This document shows, one piece after another, positions 37,601-51,494 of a stretch of DNA of 64,000 nucleotides (position 1 is the first letter of the stretch; each line of letters opens with the position of its first letter). The DNA is from Hyphochytrium catenoides (lineage: Eukaryota > Protista > Hyphochytriomycota). Position numbers and translations under genes: made by a program. Where the stretch lies: the NCBI GenBank assembly GCA_900088475.1, contig FLMG01000261.1:145493-209492 (forward strand). Direction: 5' to 3'. The notes below the pieces were generated by a model. That model did not search any database, was not told the DNA's origin, and saw only the letters and a program-made list of their open reading frames with translations.

Positions 37601-40600
37601 CATCGTTAGTCAGAAAAGGAAAGGAAACAAATAAAGGACAGTGGCGACGATAGATTTTAGGGGGATCCATAGGAGCAGATCACTGAGGAGAGAGCGCATC
37701 TTCAAGCTCCAAATGTCAGAAAAGGAGCGGCTGCGAGGGGTAAAGAAGGGAGGTTGAAGAAGAGTAGGAAAAAGGAAGAGAGCAACCAGATAAAAGTCAA
37801 GGAGAGGAGACGCTCACAAGAAGCACACGAAAGAGAAGAATAACGAGGCATCGCAATCGATGATTCTTCAGTGGCTACCTATCTTGTCCCCGTAGCTTTG
37901 GAAGCGAAGAGGACCACGTGACCGAAAAGACGCCATCTGCCGAAGTTGAGCCAAAGGACTCGACACATTTTCTCTGCCTCCAGGCGGGTTTATAATCTAG
38001 GGTTCACCCAGTCAGAGGTATCGCATTCATCTTTACTGTTCCTCATCAACCTTTCCTTCTCTTCTTGCTCCGTTCCTGCGATTCTCTCCTCACTTCTCTT
38101 CTGTTCTCTTCTGGTTAACTTTCTCTTATTTCTTATTTCGGTCTCTCCTTTTACTGATAGAGTGTGCTCTAGCCGCTTAAGCTTCGCGTTATTCCTTTTC
38201 TCGCCTTATAACAGTACTGCGTGCTCTCCTCTCAAGTCACCTTGTTCTGGCTTCTCTCAACAAGGACGCGGCTTTCTCCCTCCTCTTACCTCACCCATCG
38301 CGTGCTGCACTGCTTGACTCCCCTGATCGTCGGGCTGCGCCTGAGCTTTAGCCGATGAGATCGTGGTCCTATCTTCCTCTCTATGAAGCTCTTCTAGCGT
38401 CGGAAGAGCAACACGCTTGTCCCAAAGGTACTTCAGACGCTGTGAGCCGTACAGATCGGGACGGTCCCGGGGCTGAAGAGGACGATCAAGACAGCACGAA
38501 GTTCCGTTGGATCTCATTAAAAGAGGTTTTGACCAGATGTTCAAGAAATGATAGCGAAGAAGGAGGACTAGATGAGAGGCAGCGTAGGATGGAAAGCGAA
38601 GGCGGACGGACAAGAGTGGCTCCATTTACCGGGCCAATGAACTGATTATCTGTGCCATAGCCAAACACATAGACTTGTCCTCCCGCGTCCATAGCATTGT
38701 ACAGCTCCTTCTGCAGAAACAAAGAAGAGATTCAAGACAATGGCGGACCGAATGGTGAGATAAAGGACAAACTAGAGAAAGAGCGGAGAGAACAGAGGAG
38801 GAAGGGCGAGACAGAGAAAGAGAGAGAAAGAGACGCACAGAGAGAGAGGTAGAGAGAGCGGGATTGAAAAAAGGTTGGTTTGCACGGATCTAGAGGACGC
38901 TGGAGATGATTATCTCACCTCTGCTCTCGTCAGCGCGGCTTTGATATACTGCAAGCGACGCTGCCTAACAGAGCAAACTGAGAAGTAGATATTGAACATG
39001 ATAGGGATAGTTCACCTGGGAGAGAAGAAGAAGAGAGCGAAGGAGGAGACAAAGAGGGAGAAGAGGAGAGAAAAGAGGAAGAGAGGAGACGACAGAAAAC
39101 AGAGAGAGAGGACGAGCGGCCCGGCAGAAACATAGGGACGAGCGAATAGAATAGCAGTAGAGAAATAAAGGATGTAAGGGCCGAGTTAGCTGCGGAGTCT
39201 ATCACCTCTCCTCGTGCCAGTTGGTGAGCCATTTCGCTTCCTGCAACGCCTTGTCCTCTTCTTCATGCTCCACGTCAAGCGCCTCCTGCAAGAGCTGTAC
39301 AAGCCTTTCGTGCGGAGTAAAGCGAGAGAAGGCGATATCCCGCTTCTTCAGCTCTTCAGGAACGTTTGTGAGCTAGAGGAGGCAGAAGAGTAGCATCTTG
39401 GTTGTAAGCGGAAAGGAGAGGTAATGTACTAGTACTAAGAGCTCATCTGACGTTCCCTCTCTGTATCATCTCTTTCTTTCACACTTCTTCCTTCTTCTTT
39501 CAACGAACTCTCTCTCGTCTTTGGTCTGCTAATCAAGGGTCTCTTCATACCTGCAGCCAAAGCTTCTGAAAGCTTTTGAAGTTGATGTATCCAGTGCCGT
39601 CCTAAGCAATGAGCAACATCAGTCAGTCAGTAGACAAGAGAATGTTAAAGGTAGTGGGATGAAAGTAGAGGAAACAGAAACTCCACCAAGGAGGGAAAGC
39701 TAGAGAGAAAGAGGCAATATGGGGAGAGGTGTGGAGATAACGCAGTAGAAGAGAAGGTGAAGAAGAATAGCGGATGGAGACTTAGTGTGGGAAGCACAAT
39801 CGATAGAATTCCTGCTTTGGTATGGTTCATATGACGTAAGTGAAGAGAGCAAGATAGAGAGAGAGGGAGGGAGAGAAAGGAGAGAACGAACAAAATAGAG
39901 TTAGATATCCGTACCGGATCGTAGCGATTGAACAGCTCTTCCTGCTGTTCGTCACTCACTTTGAGCCCAAGGCCCTCAAGCACCTCTGATGAGATATACA
40001 ATAAGAGTTAGCACGAGAGCATAAGTAACATGGAGGAACAGGACCAAGGGACTTTGTTCTATCTTTGCTGATTGAGTGACGAATGCCAATAGCTCTCCTT
40101 CTTTTCGCTCTTCCTCCTCATGGCTGAGACTCCCTCCTGTTAATCCCACCCTCACATTTTCCTGCAGCGACTCTCTCTCTCTCCTAGTATTCCGTTGATT
40201 TTAGCACGTGGTCACTTCAGCTCACCTGCAAACTCATCTTCGTCCAGCCTTCCACTGCCGTCTCTGTCATACATATCAAAGGCATCTTTAGGATGAATGA
40301 GCTTGTTCGGACTGAAGCCTAAGATGTGATCTGGGTCCTGTGGGTCTGTCGTGTACAGCGCAACACGGAACTCTGCAAAGTCAATTTGCCCTGGGGAGAG
40401 AGCGAGCCAGGAGGCAAGAGAGAGAAAGTTGTCATGGGAAAGACCTTGGTGGAGAAGAGTAGGGTCAAGGAGAGGAGACAGCAAAGAGACAAAAGATTGA
40501 AGTAGAGCTACGAATGGAGAGAGAGACAAAGAGCAATGAGTGAGGGGGAGTGAGAGAGGGGAAGCAAGAGAGCGGTAAACCCAGGAGAGAGCTCGAGGGA

Positions 40601-41598
40601 GACACGGATGATCCATTTCAGTGTACCATCGTTGTTCTGGTCGCACTGCCTAAAGTATTTGAACATCTTTGGCTCCGCAAGCTCGATGCCGAAAGCAAAT
40701 AGTAGCTGCTTGAACTCATCGTAGGAGATGCGGCCGCTCTTGTCAACGTTGAAGTGAGAGAAGAGCTGTGGACGGACAGCAGAGACGGTCAGGAGGCGCA
40801 GAAGAGAGACAAGAACAAAAGACGTGTAGCAAAAAATAAAAAGGATAGAGCGTTTCTCAAGAACATCGCGATAGATTACGTCCCCCTGAGGAGGAGGAAT
40901 GAAGACTAGCAACGACGCCAACAAGGTACCGTGTTGCAAGAACGGAGTGAGAGCAGAAAAGAGAGAGCGTAGTCATCTTTTCGAAAGATATGTGTTTGGA
41001 GGGAGCAGATGAATGGGATTACCTCGTGAGCAGAGAACTGACTATAGTCTGTCCTTTTCTTCTTAGAACCAACTGAGAGGTCTCCGCTGTCTTGCCGTCT
41101 TGCTCTTTCTAGCTCCAGGAGCTCAGGGGGAAGTACTTTCTCAACGGAGAACTCAGGCTTCTTTTTTCTCTTCTTATTCTTCCTTGTCTTCACCTTTCGC
41201 CCGCCCTCCTCAAGCTCCTCCTCCTCCTCCTCTTCTTGTTCATCTTCTCGTCCTTTTTCATCTTTTTCTGGGCTTTCCAGAGCTTTCTCAGCCTTGTCAT
41301 TGCCCTTATCTTCCACTTTCGCTGCCTATTAATGGCCAGTAGCAAGAAATCAGAAAAATCCATGAATTAGGCGGACAGAGAGGAATAGAGACGAAAAAGA
41401 AAGGGAAGGAAAGGGCTTGAACAAAGGTTCCAAGACAGGCAGACAGCGGGGAGGAGGCCGGGGCATTGGCATGAAAGGACATATAGGTTAGAGGCAGCAG
41501 GCTGCAGAAGTAGGGACGGAGCTACTTAAGGAGACAGAGAAACACTGAGCGGTCCTCGAGGTTCTGGAGGCGTTCTCAACCTTCAATATAAAGTTCAT
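28649..41598 (-). CDS. EF-hand + RCC1-repeat protein with inserted F-type lectin (FTP/F5_F8-type C) domain and C-terminal CxxC-x4-CxxC motif; multi-exon
   Basis: Probable 18-nt first exon MNFILK (41581-41598). Four EF-hands: NVDKSGRISYDE, DQNNDGQIDFAE, DRDGSGRLDEDE, DPDGTGYINFKS. RCC1 blades: GQVYVFGYG, GELYSWGG, VYSWGLGLVGRLGHG, GTLYAWGSGGGGKLG, VSCGFSHSAAV, VSCGGYHSAVV, VSCGTSHTAVLTQEGELYTWG. Lectin domain NIALRRPAYQSS...ANDGN...CTHT...PWWQVDLG...NRTD...GRY...VEV. CPLC-x4-CEIC near the C-terminus; TGA at 28649-28651. Confidence 0.88.
34153..34195. repeat. 20-nt tandem duplication in an intron
   Basis: aagcaacaacgatgcagaaa x2. Confidence 0.95.
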
Positions 41599-42921
41599 GG
41601 TACAATGGCTAGTGACCCATTGCCATTGGCATGAAAGCACAATCAGAAAGTTGAGCTAGGCTGGAGTCTCTTTTGTTGGTCGAGGAGAAGCAGGGAAGAA
41701 ACGATGCTAAGAAGGAGGACTTCCTCCTAGAAAAGCAGAGCTTCAGACGCGATCCAAGTGATGTCTCTAAGAACGAGAGGCACCGAACGAGCGAACAGAG
41801 ACAGCACCCCCAAGAGCGAGAGCTGAGAGCCCAGGAGAGAGACGAGACAGAGGACGATAGAGAGTAAATGAAAAGAGAGATAGAAAGAGGAGAGATGACG
41901 GCCATAAATAGAGGAGAAAGAGCAAACGGAGCGAGCCAGAGTGCTGAGGACCCAGTGAACTGGCAGAGGTGACTAACAATCGAGAGAAGAAAGAGAGCGG
42001 GAGAGACAGAGTGCGTGAGAGAGCAGAGAGGAGGTTAGTCGTCAAAGGTCAAAGCAGACAAGAGAGAGACCAAAGAGAGAAGGGGGTTGGGGGGGGGGGA
42101 AGAGAGAAGACCCTTTCCCTAAGATAAACGCAGTGACCAGAGAGGAGACAAGACATCAAAAGGACATTCTGAAACGGTCTTGGACTACGTCTGATAATCA
42201 CTTCCCAGATCTAATTGATCACTAGACTGTCGGTTGTAACGGTAGAGCGTACTAATTGTCGCCAAGAGGTAATTCCTGTGTAGAAAGCGCACCTTCATGG
42301 GCGCAATGCGCACAACAAGAGTAGCGCCAAAATCTGGAATGGATTGCTGTCTCTGTAGAACTAGAGCTCCAGAATTTCCTGATAAAGCTCCAAAATGCAG
42401 ACTCTATAACGATGACAACGGACCTTTGGAGCTTCCTCCGAGGCATTTGCAGATATTCTTCGGCAGTGCTGATCAGATACAGAGACATAGAACAAGATAG
42501 AACTAACCTAGTCATTAGTCATAGGAGGATTGATGGTCGTAGTGAATAGTTGAACCCCGTCTCCCCTAAGGGGAGCTAGCGAGCGAACGGGAAGAAGGTT
42601 GATCAAAGTGAAAATATTAATCCACTACGTGTGATACCATAAATAGTGCGGGTGCTAGGACTAGCTAGTCCTGATAGTGCTAAGCCTCAAGATCACAAGA
42701 ACAGAGACAGAAATGTGGTTCCTCGTAACAGCCTTGCTGATGAGGACGGGCAGGACGGTTTCCTTGTTGCAACAACTTTCTTCAGATCACCGCTCAACTG
42801 CAGTCTGCGACCGGCTAGCCTTTTTGAGGCACCGACAAAGCTCAGTTCTCGGGCCCCACCTCCTTCTCTGTGAAATGTGGGTCTGCTACGTCGAGCAGCC
42901 TATTATAGATGGGTTAAATTG

Positions 42922-45900
42922 CTACTTTTTGGCCTCCTGTACCATCTGCAGCAGGAGCCGACTTTTCTCATTCCCTGGATTGAGTTGCATAGCTGAGAGA
43001 GCCAGCTTCTCTGCCCTGTCGGTCTGATTCAATCTAAGAAAGGAGTACGCGCAGTTGTGCACGACATCATGGCGGCGAGGATTGAGGAGAAGCGATGTCG
43101 TGCAAAGCTCCGCGACTTTGGCTGGTAAATAGGAGACAGCAGAGGAAAGAGAGTCAGGGGAAAGGGGACACAGAGAGAGGAGATTAGAGAGAGACCACGA
43201 GGATAATGAGAGAAATGCGATAGAAAGGGTTGGTGACGTCTGTTCATGATGGAGAAAAACTCTTCTGACATAGAGCCTGAGGCATCAAGGGAGACACGGA
43301 AATGATCGGCTCACGTACCATCATCACCTTCCTCCTGATATAGCTCCGACAGGCGCTGATAAAACTGGATCTGTTGTGGGTGCAAGGCTATCTTTTCCGC
43401 GTGGGGAAAGAGTTAAGGACTGTTGACAAACGACAAGGCTGAGGCACTGGATCCAGAATGACATGATGGAACGCCACATCAGAATGAGAAGGGCATAGAA
43501 GGTCTGTACAGAGAACGATGGCCGGACTACACGTCAACAACAAGGGAAGGCAACACGCAAATCGACCTGGGCCCGCAATTGCAGAGCTAGTAAAAGACAA
43601 AGAGAAAGGGCGAAGCATAACTAAACAGAGAGGAGCGCGAGGCGATAGACGAGACGACTCAAGAGCAAAGAAGCATTGGGGCTTGAGGAGGATATGAAGA
43701 ACGATTTGGCAGCACTCCGTCCGCTATGGCCCCAGATGGCAACACCTAACGCATCCAAGGCTGCCATGCTGTCAATCTTTCCTCTCGCAGGCGGTTTGAG
43801 CTTGTCATTTAACGCGATCGCACGAGATATATAGCTGCCAAGAGAGATAGAGTCAGAGACTTCAGAGAAGTGCAATGTTGTATGGCAGCAAAAGAACGAA
43901 CAGAGTCCAATTGATACGAGAAGATCAATAAGACCGACCCAGCCTAGAAGAATAAATAGACGTGGTAAATGGGCTATTGCGTTGGATCAGACTCGAGCCA
44001 GATTAACAGAGGAAGAATGGAGAGTCTACGAAGGGAAGGGAGGAAACGCTCGAAGCGGCATAGAGCAAAGTAAAGACATAATGGGTGTAGTCAAGATATG
44101 GTCAAGTTTCAAAGTGTTTCCCAGGTCGTATTCACACCTTATCGCTTCTTGATACTTATCTCTATTGATAGCCACGATCCCGGCATAATATAAGTGGCAG
44201 GGATATACGTTGCCGTTCCGAAAGGCGGCTTCAAGGGCAAGGGCTGACCATGCAAGGAGGTCCTTGAGGCGAGGCGAGGAAACAGTGGGAGACAGGGCTG
44301 TCCAAACATCGAAGAGAGCTGTACCCAAGTTGCCTTGAAACTATGGGACGATAATAGAGGACAAGGTCTATCAGAGCCTGGTCCTCCCTCTCCACATTCG
44401 TAGGCCCTCCAGTTGTACCTCCTCAAAAGATTCTCAGCTCTCTTTCGTACTGGAAGCAGTTGCTACTAGTTAAGAAGTCTCTCTGTAATATTCCCACTCT
44501 CTTCCATGTCTGAAGCATCGACCCTTGTTTGAACACTTACCGCTCCTCTTGTGCGTTCTGTCCTCACACTTCTTGCTGCATAGAAGACTGCCTCCTGGAG
44601 CATTCCCTTCTTGCCATAAGCAGCTCCCAGCGCTAAGAAAGCTTCTCCGTATCTTGGTTGCAGGGATACAGCTCGATGAAGGAGCTGATCAAGATCAAGT
44701 ACCGAAAGAAGTCGTTAACAGCAAAAGATTGGGAGGGGTTAGTCTTCGCAGCTTTCCTGAAATGCGCCCACGACTCGCTCACATCCTCTTGAAGTCTTCT
44801 CTTCCCACCTTATCTAATGCCTAAGGCTCGTCCCTCACTGCCGTTGGCATGGCGGGCTTGGGCTTGCCGTGGGGTTAGATTGTTCTCTTCTTTGATGTAC
44901 CATTGCGAGCGCCTCTCTCTCTCTCTCTCTCTCTCAATTCCACTTCACAGAGCTGGGTTCTATCCCTCTCCCCCCAATCGTCAAGCCGAGGCGCTTACCT
45001 GCACAGAGCGGTCGATGTCCTCATCTATCAGTGAAACTCCCAAATTCTCTAGAACTTTGACATTATCTGGGGCGATAGAAAGAGCGCTTTCAAAAAGAGA
45101 GCGATGGGAGAGCCAGTCTTGGTTCCTTCTGTAGGTGCGGAGAGAAAAGAGAACCAATATGGTGCAGAGAAAGAACATGACCATTGTCTTGGGGGTCTGC
45201 TTCGTTTGCCCTAAAGCCCGATCTCCTCCTGGGAGCTTCTCTTTGTAAATCTCTCCTTGGGCCGGGCCTACATGGGTCCGGGATAGAGAGCATCCTCGAG
45301 GAGACTGGATAGACACTCTGGAGGTCGTAGAGGTAGGAATGAAGACTGGAGAGCAAAATAGAAAGGGCGAAGAAAATGCATATTCGAATCTGTTTGCAAG
45401 AACATCAAGAAAGTATCCTGCGACCAGGCAGAAGCCCATACTGGGGATATAAAGCAGCCGCTCAGCCACAGCTGTCCCCACCGAGAGGAAGATATGTGAT
45501 AGCGGAAGAAAAGAGATGAGAGAGAGAGCAATGGCGGCCAGTAATGGCTTACTCCTCGCTTTGACTGCAAGGAAAGTAAACCAGAAAATGAGAAGATAAG
45601 AGGTGGAGATAGAAATGAGGCGAGGGTCCGTGTAGCCGAGAACAAAAGGGATAGAATTGAAGCCCCAATCCAGACAAAGTCTATATACAGGAGCCAAAGG
45701 TGGACATGACGGGAGGGGAAACGGACACGACCATTGTGAGTCACTAGTCGATGAAAAGCCATGCCAGGGTAAGTACGACGGAAGAGCAGAGAAAAAGAGA
45801 AAGAGAAATCGCGAGGAAGGAACTGCCACAGACTGCTAGTGGCCCTCAAAGAGACGGTTAAGGAAAACGTTCCATCTACGGACAGCTTACGATGAATGCC

Positions 45901-47903
45901 ACTAACAGATAAGAACATCTCTTAAGAAGGCTATCGGAAGACAGGCCAGGAAGAAGACCCCTACCTCTGTGGCCACACTAATAGCCAAAAGTACTTGGCA
46001 TGAGTGAGGGCCAAGGAGAGAGTCCTCTCCTTCCCAGGCGGGAGAAGAAGAAGCTGATTTTCATTAACACCCCAGGCCTTCACCTTCTGAGGACCATTCA
46101 CTCTAAGCCTCAGATATAGGCAGAGGAGGCAGACAAGTCCCAGAATGAGGGGGCGAAGCAGATGTCTCCGCCTCTTGCTTGTTGCTTCCTCTCCGCATGT
46201 GGGAATGCTAAATAAGGAGAGGAAGCTCCCTAGAACAAAGACAGGTCAGGTCGGCGGAGTCTCCAGACGTCTTCTACCCTTCAATCTCTCTTTTTGTTCT
46301 TGGCGATTGTGACTTTCTCTTTTTAGTTCCCTCCACCATTCCATCATGGACCTTCTCCCATTATACGGCTTTCTATTCAGTTTTTCCTGTTCCTTACCTC
46401 TAAGCAAATGAGTTACCAGCTCCTGATACATTTGGTGGTGCTCTAGGACATCTAGGGCTATGCAAAGTGCAAAGGAAGGGAAGCAGGTCTCTTTTGATAA
46501 TGTTCCTGTTCATCATGAGGGAAGTCATTGCAGAGTGAGACAACAAATGAAGGAGGAGAGATCTAGAAGAAGATTAGGTTGGCAGGTGCCAAAGGAGGAC
46601 CGCCACAGTGCTTGTGAGTGCGCGGAGCTCGGACGGATGCAGCAAATAGGTCGGACATGGGGGCAAAATGTGCTTTAGAGCCTGCTTCCTTACCCATCAC
46701 TATGGAGAGCATGGTAAGTACCAGTCCTAGCCATCTTCCAAAGGCTGCTTCTCCTCTCATTGCCCATAAATAAGTCAAGAGGGAAAGAAGACAGAAAACG
46801 CCGCTTAGGACATCTGCTCTCCCTACAATGGATGCCACAGCATCACAATGGACAGGATGAGCTCCGAAGAGAAGGGCTGCAGAGACTGCGGAGAACCAAG
46901 TGAACTTTAACCCGCGAGCCAGAAGAAGGAGCAGCACCGAAGCGACTCCGTGAAGAATCTAGAGGGAAAGAAGTAAGGGGAGAAAGGCGTGAGAGGAAAA
47001 GAGAGTGGACAGTGAGAGACGAGAGTCAGCAAAACACCATTGCAATCTACCCGAAGTAAGCAGCTTCTGCTAGCGTAGCGAACGGTAAGCGTAGCGAACG
47101 GTAAGCCTCAAACGTTCCTCCCTCTCTTCCTTTTCTTCTCCTGACTCTCTCCTCTGAAGGTTAATCCATTATGGGGTACCTACAATGTTCACAAGGTGAT
47201 AGCCTGCAGTTGCGTGCCCATGGAGAAGGAAGTTGAGCCTGTGGAGAACAAGGGACACGGCTTAAGGTCAGCAACTGGAAAAGTATGAAAGGAGAAAGAA
47301 GTCAACACAAAGTACTGGCTGCTGCTTCAGATGAGTAGACTTTCCTCTAGCTCGTCTCTCTTCTTTCCTGTCACATCTCTTCTCTCTTTCTCTCTAACTG
47401 TGGCACGCGTGTTCTCCCAATCTTTCTCTCGTCCTTCTTTCAACGCCCATTCCCCTGTCTCCCACTCTCTCTCTCTCTTATTTTCACTCTCCTATTCGTT
47501 ATATTGTCATATGCTAAGTAATGCCCCTTTGTGTCCAAGAGTGGCTCTTCTCCTCTCTGTTTAGCATCATTCCCGTTTCTACATTCGTGCGTTCGCACCG
47601 TCTCTCTGTCTTTCCCTCTCTGCCCCTTTCTGACACGAAGTCTTTCCTTCTCACCTAAAAGAGAGAGAGGTGATGGGTCTGTAGCTCTTATGGCTCGTGT
47701 TAGACTGGATGTCCGCTCCCCAGAAGTCATGGCGGAAGATGTCTTCGATAGTACTTCGCCCTGAATCGTCCACAATGTCTTTGTTGGTCAGAATAGCAAA
47801 CTCATCGTCCCAGATGAAATCTCCTCTCAAAGTATTGAGGAACAGGGTGCAGGAGAAGAGAAACACAAGGAACGGTGGTACAACAGACCTTGTGGGTGAG
47901 AAA

Positions 47904-47934
<31 letters not shown>

Positions 47935-48178
47935 CGGAGAGAAAGAGAGAAAGGGAGAGAGAGAGAGAAAGGGAGAGAGAGAGAAACAGGAAGCGAAGAA
48001 GAGTTTGTGTGAGAATGAGGGGTAAGAGCGTGTTTGAGACAGAGAAAGGGAAGATCAGGGGACATCAGTAAGGCAAAGATAAAGGTCCCAGGCGATAAAG
48101 AAAGAGCTATACTTCCGAGTGGACGGTAAACGTTGTAGGCCAAGGCAGCCCTTAGGAAGGAAACTGGCTGAGATAGCT

Positions 48179-48216
<38 letters not shown>

Positions 48217-48526
48217 AGAAAGAGGGAGGAAAATGGAGAAAGAAAGAGAGAGGTTAGGCGGTGAGAAAGAATGAGTTACTCAGAAACCCTTCAAGGCCAA
48301 ACAGATAATATTTCAATAAGCTAGTGAGCAGAGGAGAGTCAGAGAGAGGGAGATTTGGCTCGTAAGAAAGGCTAGAAAGGAAAAAACAGACTGAGAGAGA
48401 GACAAAGAGACTTAGAAAGGAGAGTAGAGTCGAACGTAAGAAGGAGCGTCCACGTCCACAGATCCCCTACCACCGTTGTCCTGTCTGTTTGCCCGCTTCT
48501 GCACTGGGAGGAGCCTTCCTCTTCAT
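42922..48526 (-). CDS. TMTC: TMTC-family protein O-mannosyltransferase (GT-C membrane domain + TPR repeats); multi-exon
   Basis: FIWDDEFAILTNKDI, DFWG...SHKSYRPITSLSFRLN, ALLFGAHPVHCDAVASIVGRADVL, LCLDWGFNSIP, VGTAVAERLLYIPSMGFC and RNQDW...LFESAL...PDNVKVLENLG, then TPR-like exons (AVSLQPRYGEAFLALGAAY; AMQLNPGNEKSRLLL) ending at TAG 42922-42924. Start MKRKAPP at 48526 is inferred. Confidence 0.92.
47072..47106. repeat. 16-nt tandem duplication in an intron
   Basis: agcgtagcgaacggta x2. Confidence 0.95.
48180..48213. repeat. (AG)n microsatellite (CT on the TMTC sense strand)
   Basis: Perfect ag dinucleotide run; a second, imperfect array lies at 47900-47985. Confidence 0.95.
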
Positions 48527-49605
48527 CCTGTGGAGGTGTCTGGCGAAGAAGAGAGCCACCAGGATGACGCACTATCGGCCGTGTAGAGAAACTCGCTCAG
48601 AAGTAGGAGCTACAAGCATGCACCAGACTGGAAGAGAGACTACCCGCTTCTCCCCCGCCAGCCAGAAGCAGCAGCTTCATGCGGAAGGCTTAAGAGAGAG
48701 ATTGTTTGTGCCACACTGCCAAATGGCCCCGAGAATTCCTCCTTCCCTGTCTCACATAAGCGTGTAGCACGGGAGGAGACAGAGAGCAAGCCCGATGCTG
48801 TTGGCTCGAGTCCCCTGCACAGCCCTAATGCACGCAGAGCCCTAATGCACGTCATACGCAGGAGCATCGGAAGAGAGAGAGAGAGAAAGACGGGAGAGAG
48901 GAAAGGAAAGAGAGAGGACCTCTCTCTCTCTCGGAAGTTGAAGCGAAGAATCTCCATCTCGCCTTCCCTCCAGCTTCAATCACCCCTTGGCCAGCGTACT
49001 ACTATACGCTATCTGAGACAATGGGGTATAGAAGTCGCGTATTACTACTTCATGTAAAAGACCGCTAACGACGAGAAGGTTTATTGAAAGGCCATCAGAG
49101 ATGGCACTGGTAGGTTCTTTGCAAGTCGTCGGCAACCCCGAGCTCTCTCTCTCTCTCTCTCTTTTCTCCTCTCTCTCATCGTCAAACTCTAACATCTGCT
49201 AGTGAGTTCTGCCGCTGTGGGCCATTGCCGGTATCTTCTCCAGTTCTTTCAACTTAACTCATAGCGTTGCAGTCGTCTTTAGGTCTTTTCAGGGTCCATA
49301 GATTGGATATGGTCCAAGTTGACGGCAAGGTAGGGGTCTAAGCGATGTGGGTACTCGGGAACACAGGCAGCGAGCGAGAGAGGGCGAGAGAGAGAGAGAG
49401 GCCAAACCAGAAAGCAGAAAAGAGAGTTGCGACTGTGTATGTCGTCGCCACTTCCCCGCAATGCCGTGCAAGAGTAAGGCTGCTCCTGCGCCCTGATATA
49501 GCAGAAAAGAGGAAGACAGCACACGGCAGGAGAATAGGTCCCGCAGTCAGAACAAGAGCGGCACGAATATCGGAAAGGATCGGGAGTTGGAGAGAGTGTT
49601 CACGT

Positions 49606-51494
49606 CTAAGAGGAAAGAGGAGTAGGCAGAGAAGGGTCCGGCTTTTGCGCTTGCATCTTCTCGGAGATCTCCTGTCTCTGAGGTAAGGGAACGAAGAGGT
49701 TGACGTGAAGGGGAATGAGGTTGACGTGAACGGTTAAGAGAGAAAGGAGTAAAGAAGAGGGGCGGTTGTAAAGGGAGAAGAGCAGCAAGTGTAACAAGGA
49801 GAAGAAGAGGACACAGCCGAAGAGGGAGGGGAAGCAAGAGAAAGGAGAAGAAGGGGAGTGAGTACAGATACAACTATTGCTTTGAGCGCTTGAGGCTTGG
49901 CCTATCCCTATCCTTTAGCCCTAGCCCTACATCTCTCCTATCCATACACTTTATCACTGACTCTTCATACCTCTCTTCGTATCTGACGTACAGCTGTGAG
50001 CTCTCTTTTGTCCCTTCTTCCTGCGCGTCATTGGGCCTATGCATCCTTCCCTGGTCGCCACCTCCCTCTTACCTTCTTCATCATGGAAAGGAGGTTCTCA
50101 TCCCTGTAGGGCCGCGTTTCGGTCATAATCTCAAGGGAAACGAGCTCCTCTGTGGAGAGAGGACTGTCCAGACCACATCTAGCAAGCACCTAGGGCGAGG
50201 TCTGTTAGGAGAGAGACATATGAAGCTGAGATAGGAGAGCGATGACAGAACTTACAGACAAGTCCTAGATAAGAAACAGTGGCTTTTCTATCAGTAGAAC
50301 CGCTTGCCGATGGGCGTGAAGACCATATAATATAAGCAAACCAAAGGGGAGAGTAAAGAGTTAGGATGACGTTTAGCGCGTAGGAAACAAAGAGATAGAG
50401 ACTCAAGAGGGAGGAACAGGAAGAGGAAGTGCTTACCATCCAGTCAAGTTCTGTCTCAAACATGCAGATCTGGTGCATAAGGAAGATATAAGAGTCCACC
50501 AAAGAGCACTGACAGCCATAGGGCCCGCGATAGATAAGATCTTCGGCTCCACCCAATCGCATTAGCTCTTCAGGCAAGCGGCCAACATGCAGGAGGATGA
50601 AGGTGGGCAGCATGACGAGATGGCGGACATAAGAACTAAGATAAGAGGTCAAAGCTCGTAAGAGAAGTAGCACAATGGAACAACAGAAGAGAGAGAAAGA
50701 AAATGAGAGACAGACAGCCAAGGAGAAAGAAAGAAAAGGTTTCGAACCAGGACGATCATCCTGAGGCGTTGAATAGAGAGGAGTCGCCGCATAGGAAGGG
50801 GTTGAGAGGAGGAGAATGCTAGGCAGATACAATGGTGCAGCAGAGGCCAGAGGTGATAAAAGCGGTGGGGAAGGTAGCTGGTAGAGTCGAGACCCAAAAG
50901 AGGAGGTCAGAATCTCAAGGAAGTAAACGCTAGAGTAGCTCTGTCCCCTCTCCCCCTCATGTACCTGTCATCGTGGCTCCCATCCCTTCCTGCAGAGCCT
51001 TCATCTTCTCCAGAAGAGACTTCAGCTGCTGAAGGCTACGCTTGAGCTTTCTGGTGTTCTCTTCATAGTCCGCACAGCGGGCTGTGTCGATGACATTGCC
51101 CCCGTACCCGTGCAGGCCCTCGAGCTCTACGAGGGCCAAGGAGGCAATATAAGATACGACCCAGCACGACTAGACAGAGACCAGAGCGGAAGACAGACGT
51201 CAAAGGAGAAGTAAGAAGAGTGAGGGACAGACTAGTGCTTGATTGCAATTCGATGTTGGAGTGTCAGTTGAGAAAGCCGGGAGAGAAGGGAATGGCACTG
51301 GGATAGAGCTTGCCTCTTGGCATTTCATCCTCGTTCTTCCTTGTCTTCCGGATGAGCTCATTCTGCTGCTTGCGAACCTCTATCATGATGCACATTGCTG
51401 TCCCTGCCGCTGTTCTTTCGGCCTCCCAGGCCCTTGCTAGCTCATCCAGTTGGACCACGGCCTCGCTGGTCATCATCGGCCCGTCATCCTTCAT
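49606..51494 (-). CDS. hypothetical alpha-helical protein; five inferred exons, start uncertain
   Basis: Phase-consistent exons MKDDGPMM...EDEMPR / ELEGLHGYGG...GATMT / ELMRLGG...ELDWM / VLARCGLDS...RPYRDENLLSMMKK / RQEISEKMQ...PLSS-TAG, separated by pyrimidine-rich introns. Confidence 0.7.

Noticed and set aside
42252-42873. Short ORFs between TMTC and the RCC1 gene
   Set aside because: No motifs or convincing splice structure.
44620-44660. Apparent frameshift in a TMTC TPR exon
   Set aside because: Re-reading shows an intact frame (YGEAFLALG).
48980-49524. Short minus-strand ORF fragments downstream of the hypothetical gene
   Set aside because: Multiple stops in all frames and no recognisable homology; probably UTR or intergenic.
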